From Lingula anatina (lineage: Eukaryota > Animalia > Brachiopoda): a stretch of DNA of 64,000 bases. This document shows, piece after piece, positions 51,401-64,000 of this stretch; position 1 is the stretch's first letter; the number at the start of each line of letters is the position of its first letter. The stretch lies in assembly GCA_051362555.1 (NCBI GenBank), contig CM120644.1, positions 3,046,954-3,110,953 of the forward strand, given 5' to 3'. The translations under genes and the position numbers were made by a program. The notes below the pieces were generated by a model that was not told the DNA's origin, did not search any database, and worked only from the letters and a program-made list of their open reading frames with translations.

Positions 51401-54047
51401 CACCTGTTTTTCGGACGTTGTCACCTTGTAAGCGTCTAGCACTGGACAACTGATGCAGCCACTAGCTTTAAGGCTTGTCTCCTCGAGTTCCGCATCCAAT
51501 ACTATATTGATAGGGGTCAGTATGTCTTTGACGGAGGTCTTAATGAGAAAAAAAATCTCTGAAAACGTGGACCCTTTTACCCCATAAATAGATTCAGCTT
51601 GAGAAATGGCATAGAATGTAGGTCACATTTTGATTTAGTGTAGAGATATATAAGCCAAATTTTTTTTTTTTAAATGTCTGAAAACGTGGACCCTTTTACC
51701 CCATAAATAGATTCAGCTTGAGAAATGGCATAGAATGTAGGTCACATTTTGATTTAGTGTAGAGATATATAAGCCAAAATTATTTTTCGACCCACCCCCC
51801 TTCCCTACGTTCCTGTGGTGTTTAAAATGTAACGAGCCCATTTTATAAAGTATGTAACAATACTTGAGCACCGTTTCCAGTGGCATTGGGAGAGCGTACT
51901 ACAATCGGGACATTAGAGAGTTCAGCACCTTCACTATAATTTATGTCAACATCTGCGACAAAGACAGACAAGGTAAGTTGTTACTCCATGCAGGTATCAC
52001 GTAAGTGTGCTGTGTTTAAAAGGGCACAAAATGCCAGAACTAGCTCTTTACTTCAATCCACTTTCAACTTAGGAGTTTAACGAACTTTGTATCACGTGAG
52101 CACTGACGAAGTCGTAATCATACAACAGGCTTATGTTATTGTTTAAATAACCAATTTGATTCATTAAAATATTTATCAAAAAGGAAAAAAAATCTCTTTA
52201 ACACAAATCCTGATACAGTATTTAAACTGAAAGTGGACCAGACCTTGATAAAAATGTCAGTTTCATTATATTCGGTGACCCCTCTGCGCAGTCGCAGCAC
52301 CGTCTGCTGTATGGCATTCAGTCCATTGATGGTAAAGGAGGCCCTGTACAGCTGGGGCGTGGGTTGATAAGTATCCAGGCGGATGGTGTACTTTATGTCT
52401 GAAATGGACGGGATATGTTGTCTTAGCTTGGAGTAAAAAATGCCTCTGGGATCAGTGGCGAATATCTGGGATATGACAGATAAGGATTCAGTGGCGTATT
52501 TCTAAAATATGGCGGGAAGAGAGTTCGTGGCCCAAGTACCTCTCTATTAAAGAGAAAGGGATATTTTCGGTAACGTTATGTAAAACAGGACTGGTGTCAC
52601 AGGTTTAGATATCGGTGGTAAGGCAGTAATCACATGAAAATCTTCCATTATAAAATCCATAAATTAAATTTAGAACTACCTAATACAGTTTAAATAACCT
52701 TGGAAGTGTACGTTTTCTGAAATCTATCATGTTTAAAACATCATCGTTTTTATAATCTATTTCAACTGACAGTATTTCCCGTCTCTCACCGAGGTAATCT
52801 GGGAGGCCGTGTCCGTTGTACATGAACCCAGCCCTGAGTGTTACGCAGAGATGTTCCTGGCCTCGGTAAGAGCAGGTCTTCATTTCTGGGTGGAAATGGT
52901 CCAGATCAGCCGTCAGAGACGACGTCAGCATCACCACAGGTCTAGAGTACAGCAGCACCGCGGAGTCAGCGGAGTTGGATCCTACTATAAGATCTAAAAG
53001 CAAACAAGATAGGTAAAGCAGGGAAGGCCTTACTGGGTCCACGCGCAAGTTGAATACTCATACTTTAGGGGTAAAAGATTTCAGCTATTGTTAAAAAGTT
53101 TCATGCGCTGAACTTGAAATGCACCATTTCTACAAACCTTTATAGCGGTCCTTATTCACATCCAACCCCTTCCCGATAGCGCTTCCGAACGCTCTAAGAC
53201 CCCTGTCTATGTCGGCAGCGGGGATCCTTTGGGCGGGCCTCCTCCTTAACCCAGCAGGGTGACCGTGATATATATACACACAGCCCCTCATCTGATCTTC
53301 GTATGGTGCCCCGACTGCAATATCTGCATAAAAATCGTTAGAGAAATAACAAATTACTCTCACTGAGAAGGATTGTGATAATTTTCATACAGGTGAGCTC
53401 TCTACCCAGAGTACAGTTAGCCAAAGTGTATCATTTTTATCTTAATGTGCGCTATCAAATTTCAGATCCATTTTCTGTTTAACTAAACCCTCTCGAGATT
53501 ATCTTTCCTAGCAGTGTATCAGTTGAATATCTGTACTCTATATGAAATATTACTGCCTTGCTGCCATTAACAAACCTCAAACCCGATGAAGTCTCCTGTG
53601 AAATCAGATATCGACACTGTTGGAGTGGCTTTATTCGTTTTTTTAAAGATGTAAATGTTTCTGTTGCTTTTTCATTGCCTGTCTTTTTGTTATAATTTAA
53701 TGCCTTGACTGGTAAGATATCTGACAAACCTTGGAAGCCGTCCAGGTTGACATCTCCAATGGCAGCCAACGCGCTTCCAAACCTTGCTCCGGGCACATTA
53801 GAACCATACAGTGGCTCAGCCAGTTGTTCCAGGACACCCTAGGAGATATGAACGTTTTATTTCATCACGCTAGTCTTTTTATGAACTTTTAGTAGAAAAA
53901 AAAATCGTCCATGACAAAGTGTCACAGAGGTCCACGTACCCCCGCTCTAAGCTACCCCCCCCCCCAAAAAAAAAGAAAGAAAGAAACCAAGAAGAAATAT
54001 GAAAAAAAAAAAAAAAACGAAATATATAACTAATTAAAATAAATTAA

Positions 54048-54101
<54 letters not shown>

Positions 54102-57100
54102 CCCCTCCAGTACAAATAATTACTCAAAGCACCACAGGCAAACAAAACATATTAGTGAGTTCAGACATGTCAGAAAACATACATGTAGATAAGATGATTA
54201 GGGATGATTCCCCGCGGCACCCGTGCCGCTTTACGCGTCATTTGGCACAAAACTCACAAGCAAGTTTACTCAAGTTTCCAAAGTTTGTTGTTTTGCATCA
54301 TCTGTCAGCTTTCTCTTCAAACAGAATTTAATCTAAACAATCTTCAGGCTGAAGTAACAGTGATATTTGACTCAAAGAACAGGTTTCGTGAACTAACTGG
54401 CAATATACTGTTTGTATGCCACACTTGGGTGTATTTGTTTGGGTGGGCCAGGCGGTATCTTTTCTGATATGCGGTCACATTTTCTTTTCTTTTGGGGCGC
54501 AAACTGAACCCAGTGCATCACGTGAGGACTTTTTCTGTGGAAAAAAATAATGTGTTCAGAAAAAAAAATATTGACGAGCTCCACCTCGCGTTTTTAACAC
54601 ATTAGAATATTTGAAAACAGTGCGCGTGAGTTTGTACCAAGGGTATGGGCGTTTTTTCTTTTTTTTTCTCGTTAAATTTCAAGCCAAACTCACCAAGTCC
54701 TTATTGATGTACACGTAGACACGCCCCTCGTCTCCAGCCTGGGCGCTGTACATGGGGGCACCCACCACGAGGTCACTCAGTCCATTTCCGGTTAGATCCA
54801 CACCAAGGACTGCGGCACCGAAATTGGAACCGAACTGAAATAGCAAATGATTCGAATATTCTAAGCACATAACAGTAAGTTAAATTTTTAGAAAGATTAT
54901 ATAAGTAACATGACAATGAATGCCACGTGTCTTTATAAAAATGAGTTGTATCATGAAAAAAAAAAAAACGCATTTATAATCTAACTGATTACATGTACAT
55001 TCATTATGCTAACTCAATGGTGGATAGTAGAGGGAAAGCGGAAGGACCAGCTCCTCACCCCAACCTCTTGGCTAATGATAATAATAATAATAATAGTAAT
55101 ATTTGTAACTATTACGAATGATCCTATTACCTGTTGGCCTTCTTTCTCTAACAACAGCCTAAATGTGTTACTCCAGATATACACCTGAAATCACAGTGAA
55201 ACAGAATAATCCACTTCAATATCACACAACATGAACATATACTAGATAGGAGTGACAACTGCTGTATGCCTAATTTAAACCCAAGACTATGCTAGAATAT
55301 TATCCTTTATGCATTCAATAAAGCATATTCTTTATTACGCATATTTTCAAAGGACGACAGCAGACACAAATATTCCACAAAATGAACAAAAAGATACTGT
55401 GGCAATCGACAAAACACCACGCGTTTCCACTGATCAAACGAACAGCGACATTTCCAGTCTAGTGCAATATAGGGACCATTCCCAGACCCTATCGTACTAA
55501 CTGTGGATCGAAATATCTCCAAGGGGGTCTCGCTAATTTGCAATCAACTTAAGCGGCTTAGATGTCTGTCACGCCTACTGAAGCTGCCAGGGGGTAATTG
55601 ATTATGGTTTACCTGAAAGCAATTTTGCGAGAAACCCCTCAGAGGTGGATTGATCCTGTCAGATCGATCTAGGTATGGAAACCCAGTCACAGTCTAGTCT
55701 GGAATGCGCATGGTGATGATTCAACACGAGGTGAACATCATCCAATCAATATTTAATGAAAAGAAGTCCTATTTGTAGCAAATCTGTAGTTTATGTCATT
55801 AGCAGTAGAACTCGAACACTTAAACGCACGCACTTATTCAATTATGCCAGGGTTACTTAGGGTTAGTCGTGCTATTCGCTAAGCTGAATATAATTACGTC
55901 AAAAGGACAAGTCCGGACACGTTAATATTTAAGACAGCGGTGCACACGGGACAGGCTTGGGCAAGTCGATGGAAAATCTGTAAAGCGTGTTCCAACGATC
56001 AGAACTGCGTTTATAGATGTTCTTGTGTTGATCTTAGCAGTTTCTCTTAACAAATCCGTGGAAGTTTTCAGAAGTTTTTTTCGACGCAGCGACTGATTCT
56101 AATATGTTGAAGTCGTGTGTATGGGATAGGGCCTACACGCTGTAGAGGTGTGTTTAAGAATCAGTGCAAGAACATTGTAACACGGAGGTTTACGAGGGTG
56201 AACCGGGAGATCTGGAACTACTTGGCCACGTCTCTACTGCAGGCAATAAGACACATATTATAACATACAGATAGTTTCAAGGGTTACAAGATCGTTTACT
56301 ACAAGAACCATTTTTATATAGAAGAAGAAAACACGATTTGAATCAAATAGATGAGAAATTAAAAATTAAAAGAAAGGACGAGAGAGAGCGAGGGAGAGAG
56401 TCTGACCATATACTTCGTTATCCAGGTAAGCAAAGTCAACGAGTCATAATGACATCTGGTGTTTATCTGAATATAACGTGTCTACCTGGGTTTAAGAATT
56501 GGTGATATGATTACTTTTGTCTTATAAAATCGTTTTTTTTTATGCAGAATTTGGACCTATTTTTTTAAGACACGTTCTCTTGAAATAACGACACTTAATT
56601 TGTACCATGGCCGAAGAATAGTATAGAATGCATGAAGTATCAGGGGTATATGTGAAGAAAGCGTGTCACGAAAAATAATTTCTGAATATGGAACTCGTTG
56701 TCTTTTCCTATGGTAGTAGCAGTGATCACAATTTTACAAGAAAATCTTACGCGAAAAAGCTTAATTTTAGACCAAAAATTTTGTAACTTTTGATTTTTCT
56801 CGAGTCAAAGTGGACAAAAATAAACGGAATGCTGGACAATTAGTATATCAAAAAAAGACAAAATGAAATTAAGCCTACCTTTCCTGTCAGCTTCATTCTT
56901 GGTGCTCCGGTGACGTAATTTAAGTTTCCCTGGGGGAAGAACTTTCCCGAGGATACAGCGTACCCTAGGGCAAAAACGAAATATGAATGCATTTTATTCT
57001 ATTCCCGCATTTTTCACATAATTCTATCATTCTGCGGCAAATGATTATTAATATAATAATACGTTTTCATAGATCTATTTTAATATCGTCTTATCAATTA

Positions 57101-58062
57101 GTGACGTCAATCTGTTCACTCTCTCTCTCTTAAGTCTTTGAAATCATTATTATCATTATTAACGGAAAAGACATCACCATCCCCTCACACCCAGGTGACA
57201 GTAAAAGACAATATTACAGACGTATGGTCTTACCAATGTAGCTATCGTTATCAAAGACCCGTGGATCTGGGATAAAGTTCTCACTGCGGCCTGTCTTGTC
57301 CACGTGAACAAGCCCTCCCAGCCAGTCGTACATTCCCACGGCACCCAGCAGCATGTTGCCGTCCTGGAGAAGGAGAACGACGTCACACATCTATACTAAT
57401 GGGTATTTTCGGTTTGGAATATATATCTAAGTGATGGACCTTTTTTTCCTTCTCGGTTTGGAATATATATCTAAGTGATGGACCTTTTTTTCCTTTTCGG
57501 TTTGGAATATATATCTGTAGTGAAGGACTTTTTTCCTTTTCGGTTTGGAATATATAAATTTATAGTGATGGACTTTTTTCCTTTTCGGTTTGGAATATAT
57601 AAATTTATAGCGAAGGACTTTTTCCTTTGCGGTTTGGAATATATATCTATAGTGATGGACCTTGTCCTGTTCGGTTTGAAAAACACGCCCATGAAATTAA
57701 GTTTGAAGGTTTTTTTTTCTTTTCATGTCTGTACATAAAAAAGTATACAACCCACCTTCATGTAATGTGCGGAGAAGCCTGCCTGACCCAAGGCGTAATA
57801 ATACACCCCTTGCTGGGTGATCTGCTGGCCTAGCACCGTCATCGGGTGATGCTGCTTCACACTGGAAAAGTCCAGGTTGTTGTTGATTGTGTAACACATT
57901 CCGTTCACGAGATAGTGGTTCCTGTATCTTTGGTCTTTCCACTGTGGTGCACAAATCTAGGGAAAAAACAAGAAGAAAGAGATCAATGACATAGTTGTGA
58001 AACGCAACCGTAGGAACAACAATCACAATCACTTACAAAAATTCCGGGGCACGATGTTTTTC

Positions 58063-58096
<34 letters not shown>

Positions 58097-58917
58097 CGAC
58101 CAAAAAATATCTACTTTAAAACCATTTACACCAATAGCTGTCCATAAACTGTGTGCTCTCAGTGTCATTAAGAAGCGCACCTTATTTAAAGTCTACATTA
58201 TTTTTACTCCCGACACTCTACCCTCCACCCCCGCCCTACTCCAGTCCTTAACCTGCCCCAATTTTTTTTAATTTTCACATTTTTCAAAGACAAATTTTCA
58301 AAACAAGTGGTTAATACTGGTCCCTACCACAACACTTGCATTGGGTCCGTTTTGATTATCTAATGCCAGACCTAAAAGCTGCTCCTCTTTCCTACTATAG
58401 TAATACAGCGGATGTTCTGTCTTGTGCCTGTTACCTGAAGAACAACAGAATTGAAGTACTGGAGCCTTTACATTTCTGTTACGATACGATTTTTTTTGCT
58501 ACATCTGCCACATTCATATAAAAGTCTAATCGCATTATAAGCTTTAATCAATAAATTAGTAATAAATGAATAAATAATAATAAATATTTTTCACGATTTT
58601 GCGTAAATAAGTACTACATAGAAATGTACCTCTACTGGTTAAAATTTATTTAGAGAAACACGATAATGTTTCTCCATGTTCTGACTTTTGGGAGCTACCA
58701 GCAGCCTCGGTTTGCATTCTAGTCCTACCAAGAAACGCATGCATTACCCTGAAATCGAGGTTATTGTTTGGTGGATGTAAACGTACCCTTGTTATCCAGC
58801 TTGACTTGCGAGCATCCGCTGGAAATAGTTCCGTTGATTTCACACTTATACAGGGCTCCGGGATTGAGGACCGATCTTTGGTATTTTGACTTGGAGTTAG
58901 GGGCCCCGGCCAGAACC
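46633..58917 (-). CDS. Integrin alpha subunit without alphaI domain, ~1070 aa seen; first exon(s) not found
   Basis: 19 phase-compatible exons: 58917-58787, 58434-58328, 57956-57756, 57363-57234, 56964-56879, 55184-55131, 54834-54694, 53838-53730, 53323-53138, 52993-52790, 52398-52244, 51538-51404, 50931-50737, 50158-49812, 49614-49428, 48800-48528, 48151-48029, 47665-47447, 46863-46633. FG-GAP repeats with Ca loops (DLTGNGLSD, DVNLDGFQD, DVNKDRYKD), genu CGSDNLC, TM, and CGFFKR. Confidence 0.95.
47761..47982. mobile_element. Degenerate DINE-1/HINE-like non-autonomous element
   Basis: GTTGGTTTGTTAGC...ACGGATT...ATTTTCAGGA start and GGCAGGTCTGAGATCTCTGAGTGTTTCTCTAGTT end resemble Helentron-associated elements (recalled pattern only). 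Confidence 0.35.
48385..48444. repeat. Compound (GT)n(GA)n microsatellite
   Basis: Direct observation. Confidence 0.9.
51558..51778. repeat. Two-copy ~102-bp identical intronic duplication (119-bp period)
   Basis: TCTGAAAACGTGGACC...TAAGCCAAA at 51558 and 51677, next to an integrin acceptor. Confidence 0.92.
57406..57679. repeat. ~44-bp minisatellite, ~6 copies
   Basis: Unit TTCGGTTTGGAATATATATCTAAGTGATGGACCTTTTTTCC. Confidence 0.92.
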
Positions 58918-58922
58918 CTGGG

Positions 58923-58923
58923 G

Positions 58924-58972
<49 letters not shown>
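58923..58972. repeat. (AAT)n microsatellite abutting an integrin acceptor
   Basis: On the minus strand, (TTA)n runs into TCCCCAG|. Confidence 0.9.
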
Positions 58973-60386
58973 GTAATAGTACATAAGTATATTAAGCATG
59001 GGTGTGAAAACTGTATCAACATGCTCTCTTTTCTTATACAAACAATAATCCTTAGATATATTAATACCAAATTATATTACAATTAAGGATTTGCACTTTT
59101 GAGAGGGGTGAAATCAAACGAGCAAAATGATATTATATTCTACCGTCATGATTAGCCTTTTGTTAATATCATTTTTTATTTAACATGAAAACACCTATTT
59201 TAACTTCAGAGTATAGACGACAGACACTGCAAGGAAAAAAGATACCTGTGTACTTTACAAGTACAGTATGTTAATATATACATTTGTAAATGCTATAAAT
59301 CCTATATAATTTATTTGAATGATGAGATGTGTTTATTTGTGTTATTTTGATTTGATTAATCATTCTTTGCACTTTTTCCCCTCGCCCATACCCAAAACCA
59401 AACTGTCGCTTTTACGGCCCACTGTTTCAAACGCTCAGCATAAACATTTTTGCAAGTTAAGATGAGACATTTATCTCTAATCGGAACATTACATGCATAA
59501 AATGTTACATAAAAATGTAGTCGTCAAACGCTTCTATTTTCTCATAAATTCGTTCAGTCCCAGACCTCGCATTTTTCCCGCGGCACTTGATCAATACCCC
59601 TTCAACTTGCGTCAGAAGTTTCATGCGTGAAAAATCGTTCAGCCAAGCGAAATGCCACCACGCCATCTCCTTCAATACTGCACCCCGGGAACTCTTTCAC
59701 GATGGAACGTTAGACAGACAGTTTTCATTACCTTTTGGACCGAAATTTTTGGTCTACTGAAATCAGCAGTAGTCCGCTTAACTTTTATAATGTAACTTTT
59801 ATAATGTAACTTTCATGAACCTTTCCAATATTTTATTTAAGTGCGTACTGCTGGTGTATTATGGGCGTGAACTGGTATTTTCGGGTAAAATCTACGACCA
59901 ACTGTTATTTCGTAACTTCAGTCATAAAATCTACACAAGACTGCAACCCAAGAGACTCGCCCATCAGATCGACAGAAATGACCCTTGAGAGCGCCTATTG
60001 TTATCAAACCGTTGGGTTTGTATGGCGAGATTGCTTTTTCGGGATGCAACACGTCACATAGTTGGATTATAAATATCAAAATCACCCTGATGGTTTCTTA
60101 AATCGATTTCTTTTGAAGATGGTGTGAATGTGCCCGCGGATCTTCTTCCAGCAGGGCTTGAAAGGGTCTCTTCACTTGGCTGTCATTTGTTGGAAGGTTG
60201 ACCCCAGTCGCACTCTGAATTGTCAGTGCTAAAGACGAATTTGGACTTTTATATTGTGTTTCTTTATAATGACGCACTGCCTTGACTGGCGTGGTGAGTG
60301 GCGGTGATTCATGTGACAAAAAATTATTAATTTGTTGAATGGGGCGAAGGTTGAGTTACGCTGCCGTACCTGACACACTGATGTGT

Positions 60387-60422
<36 letters not shown>

Positions 60423-61062
60423 GAGTCTGGACATGAAAATAACAATAGCATTGGTGCGTCACGGACAAATGAGATCTCTACTGATATTAAAATGTCTTCA
60501 TCACGTTGCTTTATCACGATTGCCTCGCAAATTTGCCAACTCGCCATCCTTGGAATGACGGGGATAGACACATGGTACAGATTCGGCGAAAAATCAAGTA
60601 AAATTATGTCAATATTCATGTCTTCCTTCTTATCATTGTTTGAACAGTTGTGTCAGCTGATGAATGAACGGACTTAAGGGCCTCTCTGTGGTGAAAATAT
60701 TATATGGTGATGACTAACAAAACCTTTTTGTTTTTTTCATTGTATTTCTTTTCATAGGAGCCGGAGCCGGGAGCAAGTGGGGGGGGGGGGGGCGATACCT
60801 TCTCAATCTTTTTCAGATGTATCAGTCATGGGCAGAGGAACTACGGATCTGAGGAGAGTCACCTATCCCGTTATTTTTTACTTTTATTTTTGCTTCCTTG
60901 TTTGTGCATCAACGATTTTGTACAGTCGTGCCAACTGATGACTGGACCAAATTACGGACCCTTTTTTGGAAATGTATCTTTTATTTGATATATAATTGTT
61001 TCATCTTTCGTTAGTCCACATTTTATATGATCACTCGTTAAGAGATAAACGGATATGCAAAA

Positions 61063-61093
<31 letters not shown>

Positions 61094-61712
61094 CACACAA
61101 ACAGGCGAACCACTTTATATATTTTATACAGTAGCACCTCGTGTACCAACTTTCTCAGCGTTAGGAATTTCAAACAAAGCGACAGTTATGCGATTCAAGT
61201 ATCGGCTTTGTGTCCAAAAACTGAAAAGAAAGTGATTAACGCGGCTTAAATTTCCCAATTAAACTCGACTCACTGCGGTCTACCTATAGGCTTTAAAAAA
61301 GACGAGGTCCAGGTTTGTTTACATTCGCTATAGGCTGTTTCCTTTAAATCACTTGTGACCGGGCAGTGAAGATGTGGGAGCAGATAAATTTATTAAAATA
61401 AACACACTTGTTGCGCCTTTTTACAAAGTATTGATTTGGTCTAATATGCTTTATGTTTGAAGTAATATCCTATAATGCGTTTCTTAAATTTATTATCATA
61501 CCAGTTAAGAGAAAACCCGCATATTTTTTTCAATTTTAAATGGATGTGCGAAACTACGAGGCAGCCACCATGTCATAAGATATTCTGTACATGTGCACAG
61601 ATTGGTTATCAGAAGTTCTTCAGGTAGAGATTGCAACATTCCAGATAACACAGAGTCGATGGGCCACTGACGGACCGTCATTAGCATCACTACTGGCCCA
61701 CAGGTGGCAGCC

Positions 61713-61920
61713 ACCCACGGCCCTTCACTCCAACTGCCCTCCACGTCCACGATCCTCCACACCCACGGCCCTCCACGATCCTCCACTCCCACAGCCCTTT
61801 ACACCCACGGCCCTCCACTCCAATGACCCTCCACATCCACGGGCCTCCACACCTCCACACCCACGGCCCTCCACTCCCACGGCCCTCCACACCAACGGCC
61901 CTCCACGTCCACGGCCCTTC
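61713..61920. repeat. C-rich degenerate minisatellite
   Basis: CCACGGCCCTCCAC-type units. Confidence 0.85.
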
Positions 61921-62520
61921 AATGCCTATCCAGTCGTATTTTGATGTTGTATTTTAAAGTTTTGTTAAAGACATGACAATAATAGGCCTTACATTCTGGC
62001 AACTTAGGATGTTTAGTTATGCGAAACCAATTCAAAATTCTATTTTTTTCTCTCGACTTTTAAAAATTTATAAAAATAAGATAGATCGATAGAGAGAGAT
62101 AAATTTTCAGCAATTGCGTCCTCAATTTTTATACTTCTGATATTAAAAAAATGCTAAAGTTAAAACGTAGGTCTCAGTATACATTGTTGTAGGCCTATAA
62201 CGACATAAATGTGGAATGTTAACCAAGCCGTCGACATAGTTAAGTGTGCGACTAAAACAACAAAACGATTTAACGAAAATACTTTAAAAAGTTCATGGGA
62301 GTTAAGTTCCCGGTTTGCGGACGTCCCCACTACAAAGGGCAGAATCTTACTCGCTCTCGGCACGTGCTGCACCGTGCCTGCTATATTGAGCAATTTAAAT
62401 GGCAGCTAGTAGGTCTTGTGCTCCACGACACATGTACATGTATATATGTAACGCCCTGTGTCAATGGGTGTTTTTTTGGATCCATTGCAGTGTTATTGCA
62501 GTGGCATCCAGTACTATATA

Positions 62521-63160
62521 CACAGTTATCCAGTAATATCCACTATTATCGTAGCGATATCCACTACTATATCCATTATTATCACAGTTATCCAGTAATA
62601 TCCACTATTATCGTAGTGATATCCACTACTATATCCATTATTATCACAGTTATCTAGTAACATCCACTATTATCGTAGTGGTATCCACTACTATATCCAT
62701 TATTATCACAGTAATCCGGTAATATCCACTATTATCGTAGTGATATCCACTACTATATCCATAATTATCACAGTTATCCAGTAATATCCACTATTATCGT
62801 AGTGATATCCACTACTATATCCATTATTATCACAGTTATCCGGTAATATCCACTATTATCGTAGTGATATCCCCTACTATATCCATTATTATCACAGTTA
62901 TCCAGTAATATCCACTATTATCGTAGTGATATCCACTACTATATCCATTATTATCACAGTTATCCCGTAACATCCACTATTATCGTAGTGGTATCCACTA
63001 CTATATCCATTATTATCACAGTTATCCCGTAAGATCCACTATTATCGTAGTGATATCCACTACTATATCCATTATTATCACAGTTTTCCAGTAATATCCA
63101 CTATTATCGTAGTGGTATCCACTACTATATCCACTTTTATCAAAGTTATCTAGTAATATC
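62521..63160. repeat. 62-bp tandem satellite, ~10 copies
   Basis: Unit CACAGTTATCCAGTAATATCCACTATTATCGTAGTGATATCCACTACTATATCCATTATTAT, built from ATCCACTA-type sub-repeats. Confidence 0.95.
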
Positions 63161-64000
63161 CAATTTTATCGCAATGGTACCCAGTGCTATATCCCGTATT
63201 ATCATAATTTTCCAGTACTATCCCATGAGTATCAAAATCTAAAGTCGAAGCAGATTTATGCAACAGCAGAAAGAATGGTAATGTTTGTGAAAAGTGCAAT
63301 GCCGTGACCTTATTGAGTCTTACTGTGACCTTACAGAGCGGTACTGTGGCCTTTGACATCTTAACGTTTGAAATGGGGCACGACCTTGTAGAAGAGTGCT
63401 TTTCCTCTCTAAAACCGTCATCTGAGAATATTCAATACTCTCCAGTTATGTCAAAAATGTCACCTTCTTATAGGGTTATATATATAGATATCCCGTGGGG
63501 AAGTATTCCAGTGGGTAGGCCATATTTGACGCTCGGACTAGTTAGTCCCCTATTCTGAATAGGACCTATGAGTTTCATTCATCTGGGCTCTGAATTTCAG
63601 GGTGTTGTTTATATTGCAGGGTGACTTATGACCTTGGCACAAGTAGACCGACAACCAAATGTGGAACACATGTTGGCACGGTCGTATGATAGCTGACATA
63701 TACGGTGCCACCGTGACTAATAATATACACTAATAATACACACGTTAAAATAAACTTACACGAGCTCTGCCAGCACGCATGCCAATTAAGTATCTACGCA
63801 CACAGACATATCATGCACGTCTACACACGCAAACACGCACACGCGTGGGTACGTATGCATACCTGCACACTAATCACACATACGTACGCACGCACGCACA
63901 CACACACAAACACACATGTAGGCTACAGACACTGAATTTACGACACACTGTGGTGTGCATAGAATTTTGATTAAAAAGAAACGACATGCCACCCGACACA

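Noticed and set aside
57406-57679. CRISPR-like array or coding repeat
   Set aside because: Head-to-tail minisatellite without unique spacers, inside an integrin intron.
61505-61944. Pro-rich and Gly-rich ORFs
   Set aside because: Products of the C-rich minisatellite, with no splice or codon support.
59000-64000. Integrin signal-peptide exon
   Set aside because: No convincing ATG, hydrophobic leader and FN(L/V)D...FG exon found; it probably lies beyond the window.

Overview
AT-rich, intron-rich eukaryotic DNA from an animal, probably an invertebrate such as a mollusc or other lophotrochozoan (inference). By reading splice sites and frames by hand I reconstruct five loci. (1) A minus-strand, 3'-incomplete gene for a probably N-myristoylated protein with degenerate EF-hand-like repeats, almost invisible in the ORF track. 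(2) Head-to-head with it, a complete 24-coding-exon EFTUD2/Snu114 gene (972 aa). (3) A 3-exon minus-strand gene for a ~108-aa 'one-and-a-half LIM' protein, convergent with EFTUD2. (4) A tandem cluster of four intronless GT10 alpha-1,3-fucosyltransferases: three intact, one disrupted, one apparently a crossover chimera. (5) A 5'-incomplete integrin alpha gene (19 exons seen) with an unusually long, Tyr-containing cytoplasmic tail. The most unusual structure is in EFTUD2, itself a core spliceosome GTPase: six exon boundaries carry tandem duplications of different ages that copy the splice site plus adjacent exon sequence. Each extra site that still has its GT or AG would lead to an in-frame stop. 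Several MITE families (TTAA, 5-bp and 9-bp target-site duplications), LINE and Tc1 remnants, and micro/minisatellites are also present. All family assignments come from recalled motifs, not database searches.
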